From: Ginkgo biloba
Lineage: Eukaryota; Plantae; Ginkgophyta
Length of the DNA stretch: 31,470 bases
Direction: 5' to 3'
NCBI GenBank assembly: GCA_024626585.2
Contig: JANKJI020000004.1
Span: 72,713,680 to 72,745,149, forward strand
Position 1 is the stretch's first letter; each line of letters starts with the position of its first letter. Made by a program: the position numbers and the translations under genes. This document shows positions 1 to 13,204 of the stretch, piece by piece. The notes under the pieces were generated by a model. The model saw only the letters and a list, made by a program, of their open reading frames with translations. It had not been told where the DNA came from and made no database searches.

Positions 1-1242
1 TGTATTATGGAAGTCTTATCCTCACTATATAGGATCAATCTTATGGAGAAACATTGTTAATTGTATATCCTTGATTCGTGACTATTTGTCATAGATCTCA
101 GGAGATGGTAGAAACATCCATATGTTTGATGAGGATTTTATTCTAGGAAAGCCACTAAGGGAGGAGTTGGAGATGGATTCGATGAGGGAATGGTTCATGA
201 ACAGAGGTTGTTAGAGGATGGCGGACTTTTATGAAGAAGCATGTTGTTATCATCCCTAAAGGCGCCCTTCCCTTATTTTTTTAGAAAGGACTAGAAGATT
301 GGCCAAATATTGCAAACGCATTGGGAGAATTCTATTAAAAGATGAGCATCGTCTTATATAAGAGGGATCAATTTCTCTTTAGGGAGGAGGACAGGTTGGC
401 TTAGATTAGAGTTAAGGGCCAAGATTTATACTCTAGAGGAGGGGGGTATGAGTTACTAGCAAGAAGTCGAGGAGGAGTTAAAGAAAGAAAATGGACAAAA
501 CTCTAGAGTTTCCCTTGCATTCCAAAGGTTAATTTCTTATTTTGGTTGTCCTTTGATAATGCCATTCTCACTATTAACAACCTGATTCAAAAGGGATTCC
601 ATGATTAGTCCATGTGTGTTATTTGTGGTAACCATGAGGAATTGGCCAAACATTTATTTTTGGATTGCATATTCAACAAAGAAGTTTGGAAGGAGGCCTT
701 GGTCTTAGTTGGTTATACTCAAAGAGAAGAGTTCTCCTCAGATCAAGTTTCTAACTTGTTGGATGATTAGGATCAATTTCTAAAAGATAAAGGAAAATAT
801 AGATAGAAGAGTAGATATGTTCCTCACCTAAAAAGAGCCATGCTAAAGTTCGTTTATTTGGTTGGACAAAAATAATTGCATTTTCAACAATTGTGAGTGC
901 TCAATGTTAAGGGTGGTGAATGAAGCAAAGAGATTGACAGTGGAATGTATATTAGATATGAAGTTAAAGGAAGGGGATTATCCATTAGGGGAGGAATCCA
1001 AGATGGAACTCGTTGGATGGGGCCTATCTCATCACAGTTGGAGTGCCTCAGGAGGAGTTTTGGGGAAGAAGGTCAAGGTTCAGAGTAAGTTGAAGATCGG
1101 GACTAGTGAAGGGAAGAATATATTATTATGTAATGGGGATTCAAAGAATAATATGGGGAAGGCAGGTATAAGATGCCTTTTGGTTATCCTAGGTCAGTCA
1201 TGTAGATTAGATTTCTGTGTAGGGGTAGGCATCTCCTCAAAT
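1..1242 (+). mobile_element. Degenerate plant L1-type LINE, ORF2 C-terminus (zf-RVT and start of RNase H-like domain)
   Basis: About 492-692 reads WTKL*SFPCIPKVNFLFWLSFDNAILTINNLIQKGFHD*SMCVICGNHEELAKHLFLDCIFNKEVWK (zf-RVT: CxxC...HLFxxC). IWLDKNNCIFN at about 855 resembles IWxERNxRIF. LCNGDSKNNMGKAG at about 1125-1170 resembles RNase H FDGASKGNPGxAG. In-frame stops present. Confidence 0.85.
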
Positions 1243-1699
1243 NNNNNNNNNNNNNNNNNNNNNNNNNNNNNNNNNNNNNNNNNNNNNNNNNNNNNNNNNN
1301 NNNNNNNNNNNNNNNNNNNNNNNNNNNNNNNNNNNNNNNNNNTAAATCTCCTTTAATGTACCTTCTTGGTGTTAGAGGTTTTGATGTCAATATGCAATGA
1401 AAATGATTTGATCAAATTTAAGGGGGTAATCCACTTTGTTTCTCTTTTGTGCTTTTCATCTAAAAAAATAGAGTCTCTTGCCAGTTCATATAGTCTGTAT
1501 GGCCTTCTAGTGCAGTATCAATTCTCCACCATTTTTGTGCATATGGTCTACTCTATATCGCATTTATGTTCACTCTTGGGATGCACACTTACATGGTACT
1601 ATGTTAGTGTGACACACTTATATGGTATTGACTATAATGCACCAAAAAAAAAAAAAAATCTTACGAGTTGAACGTACAAAACTTGAGGCTAATTATGTA

Positions 1700-2291
1700 T
1701 TTCTCTGTGAAACTGTCAAATCAATTTGTTAAAGAATATTTAGCTATCCTATGCATTCAACTTGATTTGCACTCTAAGATCTATCACCATCAACAATAAA
1801 TCCAAGATTAATCAAAATCATAACATTCACAAGCTTTGGACAAATAAGCACTCTCTATATTTTTCTTTCTTATTCCAAAAGAATTTATAAGAATAAGAAT
1901 TAAGAAATTAAGTATGTGTGAGGTGAGATCCCTAGGGTCCTTTATATAGGAGGATCCCTTAGGTTACAATTAATAAATCATCTAAGAATAAATGCCATGC
2001 ACGACATGAAAGATTCCCTCTAATAACTAACTACCTCATATTTAATTATTTAATGGCTAATTACAGCTAGGTTAAATAATTTAACAAGCCTTTACACATT
2101 AGCCCAATTATAAATTATAAATATACTTTATTAGCACATGCTTAATAAAGTAAGAGAGATAATATGAAGCTAGGAAGAGAAAACCCTAAGGTAAAAAATA
2201 CTCCATTGATTCCCTTTGGTCATAGCCCATTCAATAGACTTAACTCCATAGAACCACTTGATAACCCCCTATTAGTTAGGATGGCACATCA
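1700..2291 (-). mobile_element. Possible LTR-like segment
   Basis: Minus-strand TATA-like CCTATATAAAGG (about 1939-1950); starts TGATG on the minus strand at about 2291, next to a gypsy pol fragment. No partner LTR or clear PPT seen. Confidence 0.3.
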
Positions 2292-2299
2292 CTTTTGGA

Positions 2300-2845
2300 G
2301 CCATAATGGTAGATAGGTATGCCACTATCTCTTACAATTCATTGGGGATAATGTCTATAAAAAATAGATGCATATCTGGAAATTTATTATCGATCTCTTC
2401 TTCATGTACATTCTCTATTCACGACAATTGATCAAGCCCCCCATGTGATTTACAAGGTTTAAGGAATATTTCAAAATCATATTCCTGTTATAGCAATATC
2501 CATCTACTCAATTTTCCTTGTTGAATAGGTTTAGTGGCGATATATTTAAGTGCTTAATAATAAGGAAAAAACTAAAACTTATTTTCTAGCAAATAATGTT
2601 ACAACTTATGGATGGAATATATCATTCCCAAATCTTATCGCTCTATTATAGAGTATTTGATCTCGTCCTTAAAGAAAATTTCTATTTCAAAATATATGGG
2701 ATGATCATTTTTTATAGTGACAAGCTATGCCAAAATAGATCCAATCATGGTTGCTGAAGCATCCACATGTACATGGAAGGTCTCCTTCCAATTTAAAAAT
2801 TATAACATTCAAACTTCAAATATCCTTAATTTTAACTATTTGAAT
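2300..2845 (-). mobile_element. Ty3/gypsy RNase H fragment (degenerate)
   Basis: The minus strand gives WKETFHVHVDASATMIGSILA...DHPIYF...GMIYSI...HYLL...LKY...GKLSRWILL*QEYDFEI, a typical gypsy RNase H. Confidence 0.85.
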
Positions 2846-4739
2846 NNNNNNNNNNNNNNNNNNNNNNNNNNNNNNNNNNNNNNNNNNNNNNNNNNNNNNN
2901 NNNNNNNNNNNNNNNNNNNNNNNNNNNNNNNNNNNNNNNNNNNNNGCCTCCACCTACTTCTAACATGTTCTTATATGACCCTTATTTCATGAAGACTCAT
3001 AAACCTCAACAAGGTCACAACCTTGCACCTATTTTAAATAGGGCCTAATCTTATGCCATGTCATGCTTGGTGATAGAATCACATCCTTCTACAAGGTAGC
3101 TACGTTATATCTAATGGAACGTTTTTTACTTTTCTTGTAATTATACTTTTATAGTGATGCTTGCTGCCAACTGCAAAATTTTGGTCTTTGTTTGTAATAT
3201 TTTATTTCCTTTGTGAGTAAGCAAATTATTTCACATAGCCAACCCTTATACTCCTTTCATATAGATAATACTTATGATAAACAACTCCTTGTGCATATCC
3301 AATCCTTGTGATTTTATTTTTCTTTGAAAAACATGATCCAACCCATAATATTTAGAATGGGTCACTTTTCTCATTGCCATTCTTATCCTCTTTTTGTAAC
3401 TTTCTCCTTTAGTATATACCTAACCTCTTTTTATAAATGTATTTTTTCAAGAATTTATAGCATCAAAATTTTTACCCATGAGTAAAATGAAACAAAACCT
3501 TGCAATCAACATTTTTTGATGAGTAAGAGAGTTCTCATATTCTGGGGACACCATTCTAGAATTTGACATTGTTCTTCCTTCATTGTAAATTATTCCAAGC
3601 CAATTCCATCATTTTTCTATTTTATACTATAACTTAACCATTCCTTGCAATGTAAAATGAACCCTATCATCACTACCAACTATATATCATGACTTCATAC
3701 TTAGCACAATCATCATCAAATTTTTGTAGTATGGTCCTTCTCTTGAAAATTCATGATATTTCCTACACTTAGGAATATTGTCTCAACCATGTTTTTGGAA
3801 AACTAAAGGACTTAAATAATTTTGGTCATTACATATGTACAATATACTACATATTTATAGAGTTGTTTGGGCCATTTTCCTCATTCCTTAAATAAATTCA
3901 ATCAAGCTTCATTTAATTGATCTTGAATAGGTTCTCCCATTATGTGTGATAAATATATAAACCTATTATCATGCAGATTCTCTNNNNNNNNNNNNNNNNN
4001 NNNNNNNNNNNNNNNNNNNNNNNNNNNNNNNNNNNNNNNNNNNNNNNNNNNNNNNNNNTGAAGTTATATCCCTTTGATCTTTTGATCACGGATATTTTTC
4101 ATCCATTTTTATATGGCATACTAGTTTGAGAGATAAATTTACCTCTTCTCTTCCAACTAATTTAACTTTATTAGTATCTCCTTCAAAGTTTGTTCATCAT
4201 CCCATTTTTCTTGAATGATGATTCTCAGACTTACAACTTGAAATTCCATAAGAAAGACTACTTTTTGGCCATATATTAACTAGAATAGTATTTAACCTAT
4301 TGTTGGCTTATAGGTGGTTTTGAATGCTCATAAAACGTCATGAAAACATTTTTTCCAATCTTTCCTTTCAACTTTGTAATTTTTTGTCAAAATATTATGT
4401 AGAATCTTATTATAAGATTCTACCAATATGTTACATTTTAGATAGTAGGTGGTACTATTTCTTCTTAGTAGTTCATCCTTCTCTAATTTATACAATTGGA
4501 CCCTAATTAATGCATATCCTAAAGACTTTATTTATGACTTATTCTTCTCTATAATTTTCTAATCCTTTGAATCCACCCCAGTGGATAAGTAGGATGCTAT
4601 CACCTAGAGTTTATTTAGAATAGTATCTATTGAAAATAGATGTAGATTTAGGATTTTTTCATTTATTTGTTCCTCCTATATGTTATTTTTTTGTGATAGG
4701 TGATTTAGTCTCTTATTTAACTTTCTAGTCTTAAGAAAA

Positions 4740-6120
4740 AATTAAAATCATATTCTTATAACAATAATATCCATCTACTTAGTTGTCCTTGTTGAATAGG
4801 CTTGTTGACAATATATTTGAGTGCTTGATGATCAATGACAAAATCAAAATTATTTCCTAATATATAATGTAAGAAATTTTAGAAGGAATATATTATCCCC
4901 AAATCTTCCTTCTCTATTATGGAGGAATTTATCTCAACCTTAAACAAATTTCTATTGCAAAATATATGGGATGATTTATTTTTCTAGAATTAAGTTGTGC
5001 TAAAATTGATCCAATTGTGGTTGCTGAAACATCAACATGTACATGGAAGGTCTCATTCCAATTAAAAAATTATAATATAAAAGCTTCAAAGATCCTTATT
5101 TTTAACTATTCCAATGGGTCCTAGCATTATTTTATCCATAGGAAGGCTACATCCTTCCTTAATAGTTTCTCTAAGGGACTTACAATATTTTCATAATATT
5201 TAATGAACTTGTGGTAGTAACTCATATGTCCTAATAAATGTTTAGTTTTTTAGGTATTTCCAATATATTTCAACTATAATATAACTCACACCTTTGTGGG
5301 GTCCACCATTAGTCTATCTTTGTAGATGATGTGGTTGAGTAACCTTCCAAAGGGTGTCAACATTTGACATTTCACTAAATTGAGAGACATGCCAGTATGT
5401 CTACATATTTGCAACATAATGTGTAAGTGTTTTATATGGTATTTTAGAAAACTAAATATGGACTAATCGTCCAAATAGATCTCAAGGTATTTGTGAATAA
5501 AGTCTCAGAAGATTATGATGATTATGCAAGAAAACGTCATGGGTGCATTTGTCAAGACAATTGATATGACTATGTATACATATGACCCTCATTTAATAGC
5601 AAAAGTTATTTTCAATTGGTCATCCAAGTGTATCTAAACTTGATTGTACCCCAAGAAACCATCCATGAAGGAGTGAATTTTCCAACACTTCCTCCGTGAA
5701 TGCTACTAGAAATGGGTCCTTCTTTGTCATATTGTTCAATTTGTGGAAGTCTATGTAGATTATAAATTTATCGCTCTTCTTCTTTGCGACCACGATAAGC
5801 AAAATCCATTTTCTTGGATCCACTAGATATATGCAACCTGAATGTAGTCACTTCTCAATTTCCTCTCGAATTGCATGCTTATATTTGGGATTCATTATGT
5901 GTGGCCTCTGCCTTAGCAATTTAGCATTGTCCTCTAGCTCAATTCTTAGTTGGTCAATTTTCCAAGGGGTGCATTTGAGGTTCTTGTATGCCTTTAAGGT
6001 GTTTGTATGTGTATGTGAATACATTTGCATACTCTTGAAAGACTTCATGAGCCTTCATAATTGTTTGTTCATCCTAGTAGTTTATTATTTAAATGGTACA
6101 ATCTTCCTAGCCTTCAACTA
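4740..6120 (-). mobile_element. Ty3/gypsy pol fragment: RT + RNase H (degenerate)
   Basis: The minus strand gives QRPHIMNPKYKHAIREEIEK; IDFHKLNNMTKKDPF; SFMDGFLGYNQ; LTNAPMTF; YLEIYLDD (about 5467-5490); GMSLNLVKC; VDPTKV; then RNase H ETFHVHVDVSATTIGSILAQ...LSRWILLL*EYDF. Confidence 0.9.
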
Positions 6121-6539
6121 ATTTAAGATTTCATGTCTTGTATGGTTATTGATTGGGCCAACCAGTGTCTGTTGATGTAACTTCCTTATAGACTTCACTG
6201 AGTTTCACCTCCTTGTTTAGAAAATTCTCTAGGATTTGTTGATTGTCTTCACTTATCTGTGTCATGCAACAAAATCTATTACGACCAAATGGAAATTTCT
6301 TCATGTTGTGTATTGAAAGTTAGTATTAGGTGTATGCTTCCTCCTCATTCATGACGACAGGTATTAGTTATAAAAAACATAATTTCACCAACTCACTATG
6401 TATATCTGTCTAGTGTTGTATTTCACGCTTTCACTCCAACTGGATATACCATTAGTAGGGGATTCCTTATAATGCAGATCCTAATGCATTAATTTTTAGC
6501 ATATATAGTCAATGTCTACGTTTACGTAGAATCTTTTCC

Positions 6540-6850
6540 ATCAACCTTTTACTGAAATTTAATAGGATAACTTCTTCCTTCATACTACAATTTCATGTTA
6601 CCAGACTGGAGAATTCTCACAAACTAAGCCTAAAATTATAGCTTCACGTCCTTCCAATCACAAAAATTCTTCATGTGCATGTGAAACCATCTACTCGCTT
6701 CACCCCTTAATATGGACTTAAAACGAGTCAACTTTAGTTGTTCTTGCCAACATATTATTGTGTTAAGAAACCATTTTAGATGTACCTTGCCATCTAAATC
6801 AACTTTGAATTCTCTAGGCAAAATCTTGATTGTTTTTTTTCCTGTCACTC
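6540..6850 (-). mobile_element. Retrotransposon gag fragment
   Basis: ORF 6636-6848: HLKWFLNT...KLTRFKSILRGEASRWF...W.DVK, resembling the Retrotrans_gag motif L.G.A..W......W. Confidence 0.6.
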
Positions 6851-7139
6851 TCTTTTTCCATTATGATGTGGAAGCTATCAAAATAATATAGTTCATGCAT
6901 CTCTTCTTTCCATTCTCTGACTAAATCATTAGAGTTGATTATGTCCAATCTTATGCTACTAAAATTGAGAACTCCATCATCATCTAGTTCATTGATTTCT
7001 TTCATGCATGCATAGATGTTCTCAACATTATAGTTAAATTAGGATTCTCTTTTTTAATCCTTGTATGAATATTTATCCTCTTTGGATCTCCCATAGTTGT
7101 TTACTCTGATTTAGTGGAACATAAAGGCACATTGAACCT

Positions 7140-7480
7140 TGTTTGAATTTTATCTGATCTTTCTTAAGGCTAATAGAATCTGTCATTACCTTAATCTAAG
7201 GTCTACCAAGTAATACATTGTAAGTGCTTCCCTTTGTTGGTAATGATATCATATCAAAGTTCTATGTAGCTTCCACAAATAATCTTCACATCTAGAAATT
7301 TTTATTTTGGAGTAACCTGATGTTGATCTATCATTCTAATGATAATCCTCAACTGTACCATTTGAGGAGATCACATGGATTTATACATTTTCATGGATAT
7401 TATATTAATTTCAAATTCAAAATACATAATGAAATCTTTAACCTCTACTCCATGAACTAACACTTGCACAACTGATTTAG
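7140..7480 (-). mobile_element. Ty3/gypsy aspartic protease-like fragment (degenerate)
   Basis: The minus strand gives VQVLVHGVEVKDFIM....EINIIS...IRMIDQHQVTP...DVKI...STYNVLLGRP*IK; LLGRPW-type flap motif present, catalytic DxG decayed. Confidence 0.6.
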
Positions 7481-9201
7481 TATCCTTATGTTTAACTATG
7501 CAATTCACCTTGACTTAGATATTCTCTAAGTCCTAGTTATATAGAGTGTTTCATAACTTTATAATCTTAAGGAAATCCATTTTCTTAGACTTTAATCCTC
7601 TCACCAACTTTAGGAGACCTCATTCTTGTGCTTCTTTGATATACACATTCTTAGTGACCTCTACTTGTAATGGTGTTGTGGCAATGTCTCGCATTGACTC
7701 ATGGCATCTTGATGCACCCTCTTACTACATTTTAATGGTGAGATCCTTTGCTTGATCAAAATCCCTTTTTCGATCTATTGGGTCAAGATATTCCATCTAT
7801 TGTTTACCTTTTTCTTTAATAGAGTATTTTTTCTTAGAATGTTAGATATGTAATGTTTAATTTATAGTTACTTAAGTTAGTATAGGTTTAATGTTGGGGG
7901 CATTAGACTTAGGTTTATCAAATAAATGTAATATCATTAAATGACATGGGGATTTTTTAGAATTCAAATAGTTAGGAAGTCCAAGAGCTAGGAAGCCTAA
8001 GGGTTGGAAAGTCAATCGATGATTTGTGATGTATTAATATGTATTATGGCCTTTGTAAATAGTATGGAGAAATATAGTGAATATTCAACAAGTCATGTAT
8101 TTCACTATAAATGTTTTATTTCTGTTGTACACTCTATGTCTATGTGTCTGTGAGGTAGATTTCACATGGTTGTAGGGTTGGGAGGTTGCTTGCAGGTAGA
8201 AAAGATGGGAAGAAATCAACATGATATCATAGCAAGTATTATGGAAGGATGTCATGTTGATTTCTTCCCAATCCATTGTTGTTATTGAAGGTGGAGGATT
8301 CGAAGGAGATAGAGATGGTTGGTAAAGAAAAATTGAGAGGATGCCATTTAGGATAAACCCCTATTTAAAGAGAGTAGATGAATAGAGTAGGACTAGAAAC
8401 CTTGAATATAATTGAAAGAAGTTGAAGTCATGAAGGTGTAGAAGAGGATGACAACATATATTATAAAAAAATATTGAATGGGAGGCAATCTATGAGTAAC
8501 CAAAACCCCAAGTCATAGAAGTGAAATAAAAAATTGTTGAGGAATAGGTCCTGTGGGGTACCGTGGATGAGAGAAGAATCCCTAAGTGAAAAAGGTGAAA
8601 AATGAAGAAGAGAATCATTCAGAAGTCTGAGCAATGAACAAAGAGAAATATGTGAGTGAAACATTTTCTACTCAAGTAGGGAACTTGTTAGAATGGTAGA
8701 GGGAGTCGTTGGTGGAAGGAGAAACATCATGGGACATCCCATTCATGAAGAATAACATAGTGCGATGCTTGATTTACAATTAATGTTGATTCAAGAAGAA
8801 ACTTTTAGGAGATTGAATGTCAAGAACTATAGAGATTGCTAAGATCACCAAGCAGAGTATAATGCTCAAGATTATATAGAAAATTTGAAAAAAAATCAAA
8901 GTTTGTAGAGGAATTGAGTGCGTAGACTTGTCGACAAAATTTAAAAAAAAAAAAAAAATCCTTAAGTTAGATTATAAACAAAAAAAAAAAATTAAANNNN
9001 NNNNNNNNNNNNNNACTTTAAAACCTGATCCATTTATTGAATCCAAAAGGGAAGGGACAAATGATAAATGTTAGATATTAATGTTGAGGATCGGATGTCA
9101 AAGTCTCTCAAAGCCTGCCGACATCGGTAGGGAAAAGTTCAAAGATTAACATCAACAAGGTTAAGATCAACACCGATGAGGTTGCGACTGATACTGATAG
9201 T

Positions 9202-9258
9202 GAGGTTAAAGACTAACACTAATGGGGAGGTTAAAGGTTGACACTAACGGGGAGGTTA
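9202..9258. repeat. Short imperfect tandem repeat (about 25-bp unit GAGGTTAAAG..ACACTAAYGGG)
   Basis: gaggttaaagactaacactaatggg / gaggttaaaggttgacactaacggg / gaggtta. Confidence 0.7.
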
Positions 9259-10859
9259 GTTGCTAAGAACCTTCTTCACATAACCACAAAATTGGACATA
9301 NNNNNNNNNNNNNNNNNNNNNNNNNNNNNNNNNNNNNNNNNNNNNNNNNNNNNNNNNNNNNNNNNNNNNNNNNNNNNNNNNNNNNNNNNNNNNNNNNNNN
9401 AAGAAAAAAAGAAACAAACAAATAAAAAAAAGGATGCGTGTCATTGATTCATTATTGAAATGTTAAATGGAGAATGATCTAACACCTGTAGAGATATTTG
9501 TCGTCCATAATTAACTTGGAGTGTGAGGGATATTTATGTTCATCCCATCTATAACTTTGGTACTATGAGCTAAAATGATTAGAGGTTGCCACCTTGAATG
9601 GGAACTAGAAATATTGCGTTGACACTATGTAAGCACTAATGACNNNNNNNNNNAAGTGAATTTTAAAAATTGTTGAAATGTAGGACAATGTTAATGAAAA
9701 TCTCATATCTTTAAACAAAGGGAACCAGTGCCCCCAAGTCCACATCCCAATGGAAAATTGACAATATAGGGGGATGAATAAATGGTAGGATGATGAGATA
9801 TGTATGAGGAAATTATATGCAAAATTAAATTTTGGAATGATAAAATAAATCTTATAAGGTATGATATGGCTCTATTATAGCAATGATATTTGAATGAACA
9901 ACAAGATATAGATTTGTGGATGCAATATAATATGTATCGGATAAATAATTGATCATAACAATGATAATATACCTCCATGGTTTAAATATATAACTGTATC
10001 TATAGATGATAAGTGCTAATGCTATCCATATATGATTTTGATAAATATATGTTCCATATGAGCGATCTAGAGATGATATATCTGTGAATGGAAGTTTCTT
10101 GAGTGGGAATGTATACCAAAATGAAGGGATCATTCATATCATAAATGGATGGCATTGATGTTAAGGGATTATTATAGTCCTAAAAGGAGAGTTAGAAAAG
10201 AAATAACATAAATATGAATAGTGTAAATGAGTAGAGATAAATATAAATATGACTCATATTTTATGTAAGAGAAAATGAATAAGAATTGTATGTGTATCAC
10301 TGTGATGTATATGTTATGGGCTCCTTTCATAAACGGTGGACCAAATTATATCAATGTTGAATGCATGACTGTGTAGTTTGCATGAAACTCTCTAAATAAA
10401 AATCGTTGGCTATGGATGTTGTTATAGTGGTGATCATTGTTATTGAGGAGGTACATACTTTCTAATTGGAGTGAATGGGAGTCGCCAATGGGAAAGGACT
10501 ATGTAAAGGTTATCTATAGGACTGGCTCCCGTTACTCTTTTCCCACCCAATAATCCTATGGAGAGCTCAGGAGAATATAATAGATTTCAACACTACAGAA
10601 CGAGTTGTTGGTCTTTTATGACATCATTATTTTGGTTGTGATGCACTCTATAATATGGCCACATCTTGGACATATATGTTTAGAAAATAAAAAATGTCCG
10701 ATTTACATTGGAGTTAGCTTTAGGTACCTNNNNNNNNNNNNNNNNNNNNNNNNNNNNNNNNNNNNNNNNNNNNNNNNNNNNNNNNNNNNNNNNNNNNNNN
10801 NNNNNNNNNNNNNNNNNNNNNNNNNNNNNATTAATATATATATTTTCGTTCCGATGAAG

Positions 10860-11017
10860 TTTCTGCGGTGCGGTTGTTGCGGGTTGAGGAAGGAGGAGCC
10901 TACGCAGATTTATTGAATGTGGATTATGGCCATAGCAATTTTGATAATGAAATGCGTTATGTTGAACGCACCCTTGGGTTCCGCACTAAACCCTTGGACC
11001 CCAGGGCTACAAGGCTG
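10860..11017 (+). CDS. rsmB: Internal exon of plastid-type RsmB/Sun 16S rRNA m5C methyltransferase (start of NusB-like domain)
   Basis: Translates (V)SAVRLLRVEEGGAYADLLNVDYGHSNFDNEMRYVERTLGFRTKPLDPRATRL, which matches my recollection of the plant RsmB motif VSAVRLMRIE.GGAFADLLN...NEM.YVERTLGFRT..LD.RD.RL. AG acceptor at 10858-10859 (phase 1); GTATGT donor at 11018 (phase 0). Confidence 0.9.
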
Positions 11018-12293
11018 GTATGTACAATGGCCGTTAATACTGACACTGCTCAATTCTTTATTTTTGTTTTGCAATGGTAGCTAGTGCAATTCTCATGGAG
11101 CCACCACAGGATTCTCCTTAGCTAGGAACAGTGTTGTTTTTATTTTTACAATCGTTCTCACCCATTGGCCGAGGTTGTGGCTGGTTTTCCACTCATCATT
11201 GGATAGAAGATAAGTTAATTCAATCCGAAATTATGCAATAAAGATCCAATTTTCACTTCCCACACTTGAAATTTACACCTCTTGTTTCCAAATCGTCAGG
11301 ATCTTTTTAACCAATGTCCAAGTATCTGAAGTAGTGCAATGCAAAGAAACCTAAAAGAAAGTGTGTGACAACAAAAGTGTTATCTCCTAGGACCAAGGTA
11401 AATGAAAGATGTGTAATATTAAGCGAGTGGCAGCCATTGCACCATATCTTGAGGTAAAGTTCAGGATAGTGCTTGGCAGTATGTGTTTGTGTTTCTTGGA
11501 TGGCATCCCCAAAGAGGTGTTCTTTACTTATTGTCCATATTGTATTATGGCCTCATGTACCACTCCACCCCCTTTCCAACAGCTAAAAAGTTGTTGAGAA
11601 TCTACTATATAATACCGAAGTTGAAGAATTATTTAGGGCTGGACCCACAACAAGAACTTTTTATGAAGCCCTTGTATGCCTCCTGGCCCCTACTTTAGTG
11701 TTGATAGCTTTTCTAACACTCAAGATTGATGCATCCTCCATGGTTGTAAAAAAATTGGTAATGGGACCTTGTTGTTGAACCCTAAGGGAAACTGGTAAAG
11801 AGACCTTGTTGTTGAACTCTAAGGGAATGCTCATCTCCTTCCCATGTGGCTCTAGCTCTCTTAAGGTGTCTCCTATGGTGTCTATGTTGTGAGGAGGGTT
11901 GGCTACTAACACAAGTTACTACTGTGTGAATTCAAGTGGCACTTCTGCCTGAAGGTAGATGACATGCTAAAAGAATAATGTTATTATTGTGAACCTAATT
12001 TTCAACCCATGTAGGCCCCATGATGACCAACTTTGTGTCGATTGCCTTTTTTCACATTGGGGATTACACATAAAGATTGGCTGATTTTAGGACAACAATC
12101 CATTCGTTCATCTTAATTACCACCACCCAATTTAAAGGTTGGTAGAACTTGATGCATAAAGGGTACTTGCCATATGACGCTTCCTATAAATTGTTATCTC
12201 TAAACTCACCTACTAGCTCAATCACCCTAGATAGATGACATGGATTTACATGTAGTGTGCACACTTAATTAAGGAGCGAGTGTTGCTAAAAAG

Positions 12294-12349
12294 CTAGATA
12301 AAGTTGATACCAAAGAGCAAACTAGATAAAGTTGATGTCAAAGAGCAAA
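12294..12349. repeat. 28-bp tandem duplication
   Basis: ctagataaagttgataccaaagagcaaa / ctagataaagttgatgtcaaagagcaaa (2 mismatches). Confidence 0.85.
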
Positions 12350-13204
12350 TATTTTCTATGAAAGAGGATCTTGTCAAGGTGCCAAAAACCTAGGATGGTT
12401 AATCAAACAAGTTGAGTAAACAACCAATACATAATTGACACAATAAGGTCAATCTCATTTATACAATAGGTCTCTCGCAAGGCTTATCATTTTGTGGATT
12501 ATGTTAGTGGATTTTTAAAATTATATGTACTATGAATTTGAATGAATTATATTGTTATTCCATATCCCAAACTAGTCTCTATTGTATGATTGATTGATTT
12601 TTAATGATATTTCAGTTAGTTGCATATGATCTAACTCATTGTAGGAAGAAGGTTGGAATGAACTCTGATACAAAAGTTAGAGAGTAGGAAGGATTGAAAG
12701 ATCAATATTGGAGAAATAAAGGAAGGTGGTCTTTATATAAATAATAAATAAAAATCTCTACAATTTTCATTAGGTAGAAAAAAGGTAAATATAGTTTTGA
12801 TACAAAATAGATAAAACATTGGTTATGTTGTCAAAGTCAAGAAGTTCTAAGCAATAATAGGAAGAATATTTTCTAAGGTTAGATAGTTTGAATTTGGGAA
12901 TTAGACCCCTAAATATAGCTATACAGAGTGCTTAGGATGATGTTATTATGAATCACTAAGTTATAAAGTGACAAGATTCAAATGTTTATGAGTGAAACAT
13001 AAGGAGAGAAAGCTCTCGTGGATTCACCACAAGCTTAGAAAGAGCATATCCTTTTCACTCAAAAATTGGTAAAAATATATGTTATGCGTCCTTTGCATAC
13101 ACCATCATATTTTAAAGACTCTATAGACATTATGATGTAGGAGCATCCCCCTTTAGCTCTAAGAGGCTGGCCGNNNNNNNNNNNNNNNNNNNNNNNNNGC
13201 TAAA

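Noticed and set aside
2946-4700. Possible minus-strand LINE-derived sequence
   Set aside because: Only faint motif hints; it cannot be supported without a profile search.
2300-6120. Endogenous caulimovirus (pararetrovirus) interpretation of the RT/RNase H pieces
   Set aside because: The motifs (KKDPF, DGFLGYNQ, HVDAS, QEYDF) are gypsy-type, and no movement or coat protein was seen.
7800-10729. Search for the first exon (transit peptide, SPHRA motif) or promoter of the rsmB-like gene
   Set aside because: Nothing recognisable was found. It may lie in the gap at 10730-10829 or outside the window; the region looks like unclassified repeat DNA.
11018-11080. ORF-track extension VCTMAVNT… of ORF 10868-11080 (and the tail of ORF 29390-29647)
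   Set aside because: Read-through past GT donors into intron; similarity to RsmB stops at the donor.
11166-11205. LAEVVAGF peptide resembling the start of the missing RsmB exon (VTDIVGG)
   Set aside because: No AG acceptor in position, no IRWRRYLD continuation, and an in-frame stop follows.
11400-11920. Possible minus-strand gag remnant (GKGVEWYM) and ORF 11661-11912 with a short internal repeat
   Set aside because: Too degenerate to assign by eye.
12640-13140. Possible very decayed + strand gypsy integrase (SD.D..F.S-like wording)
   Set aside because: No continuous frame or intact motif that I can support.
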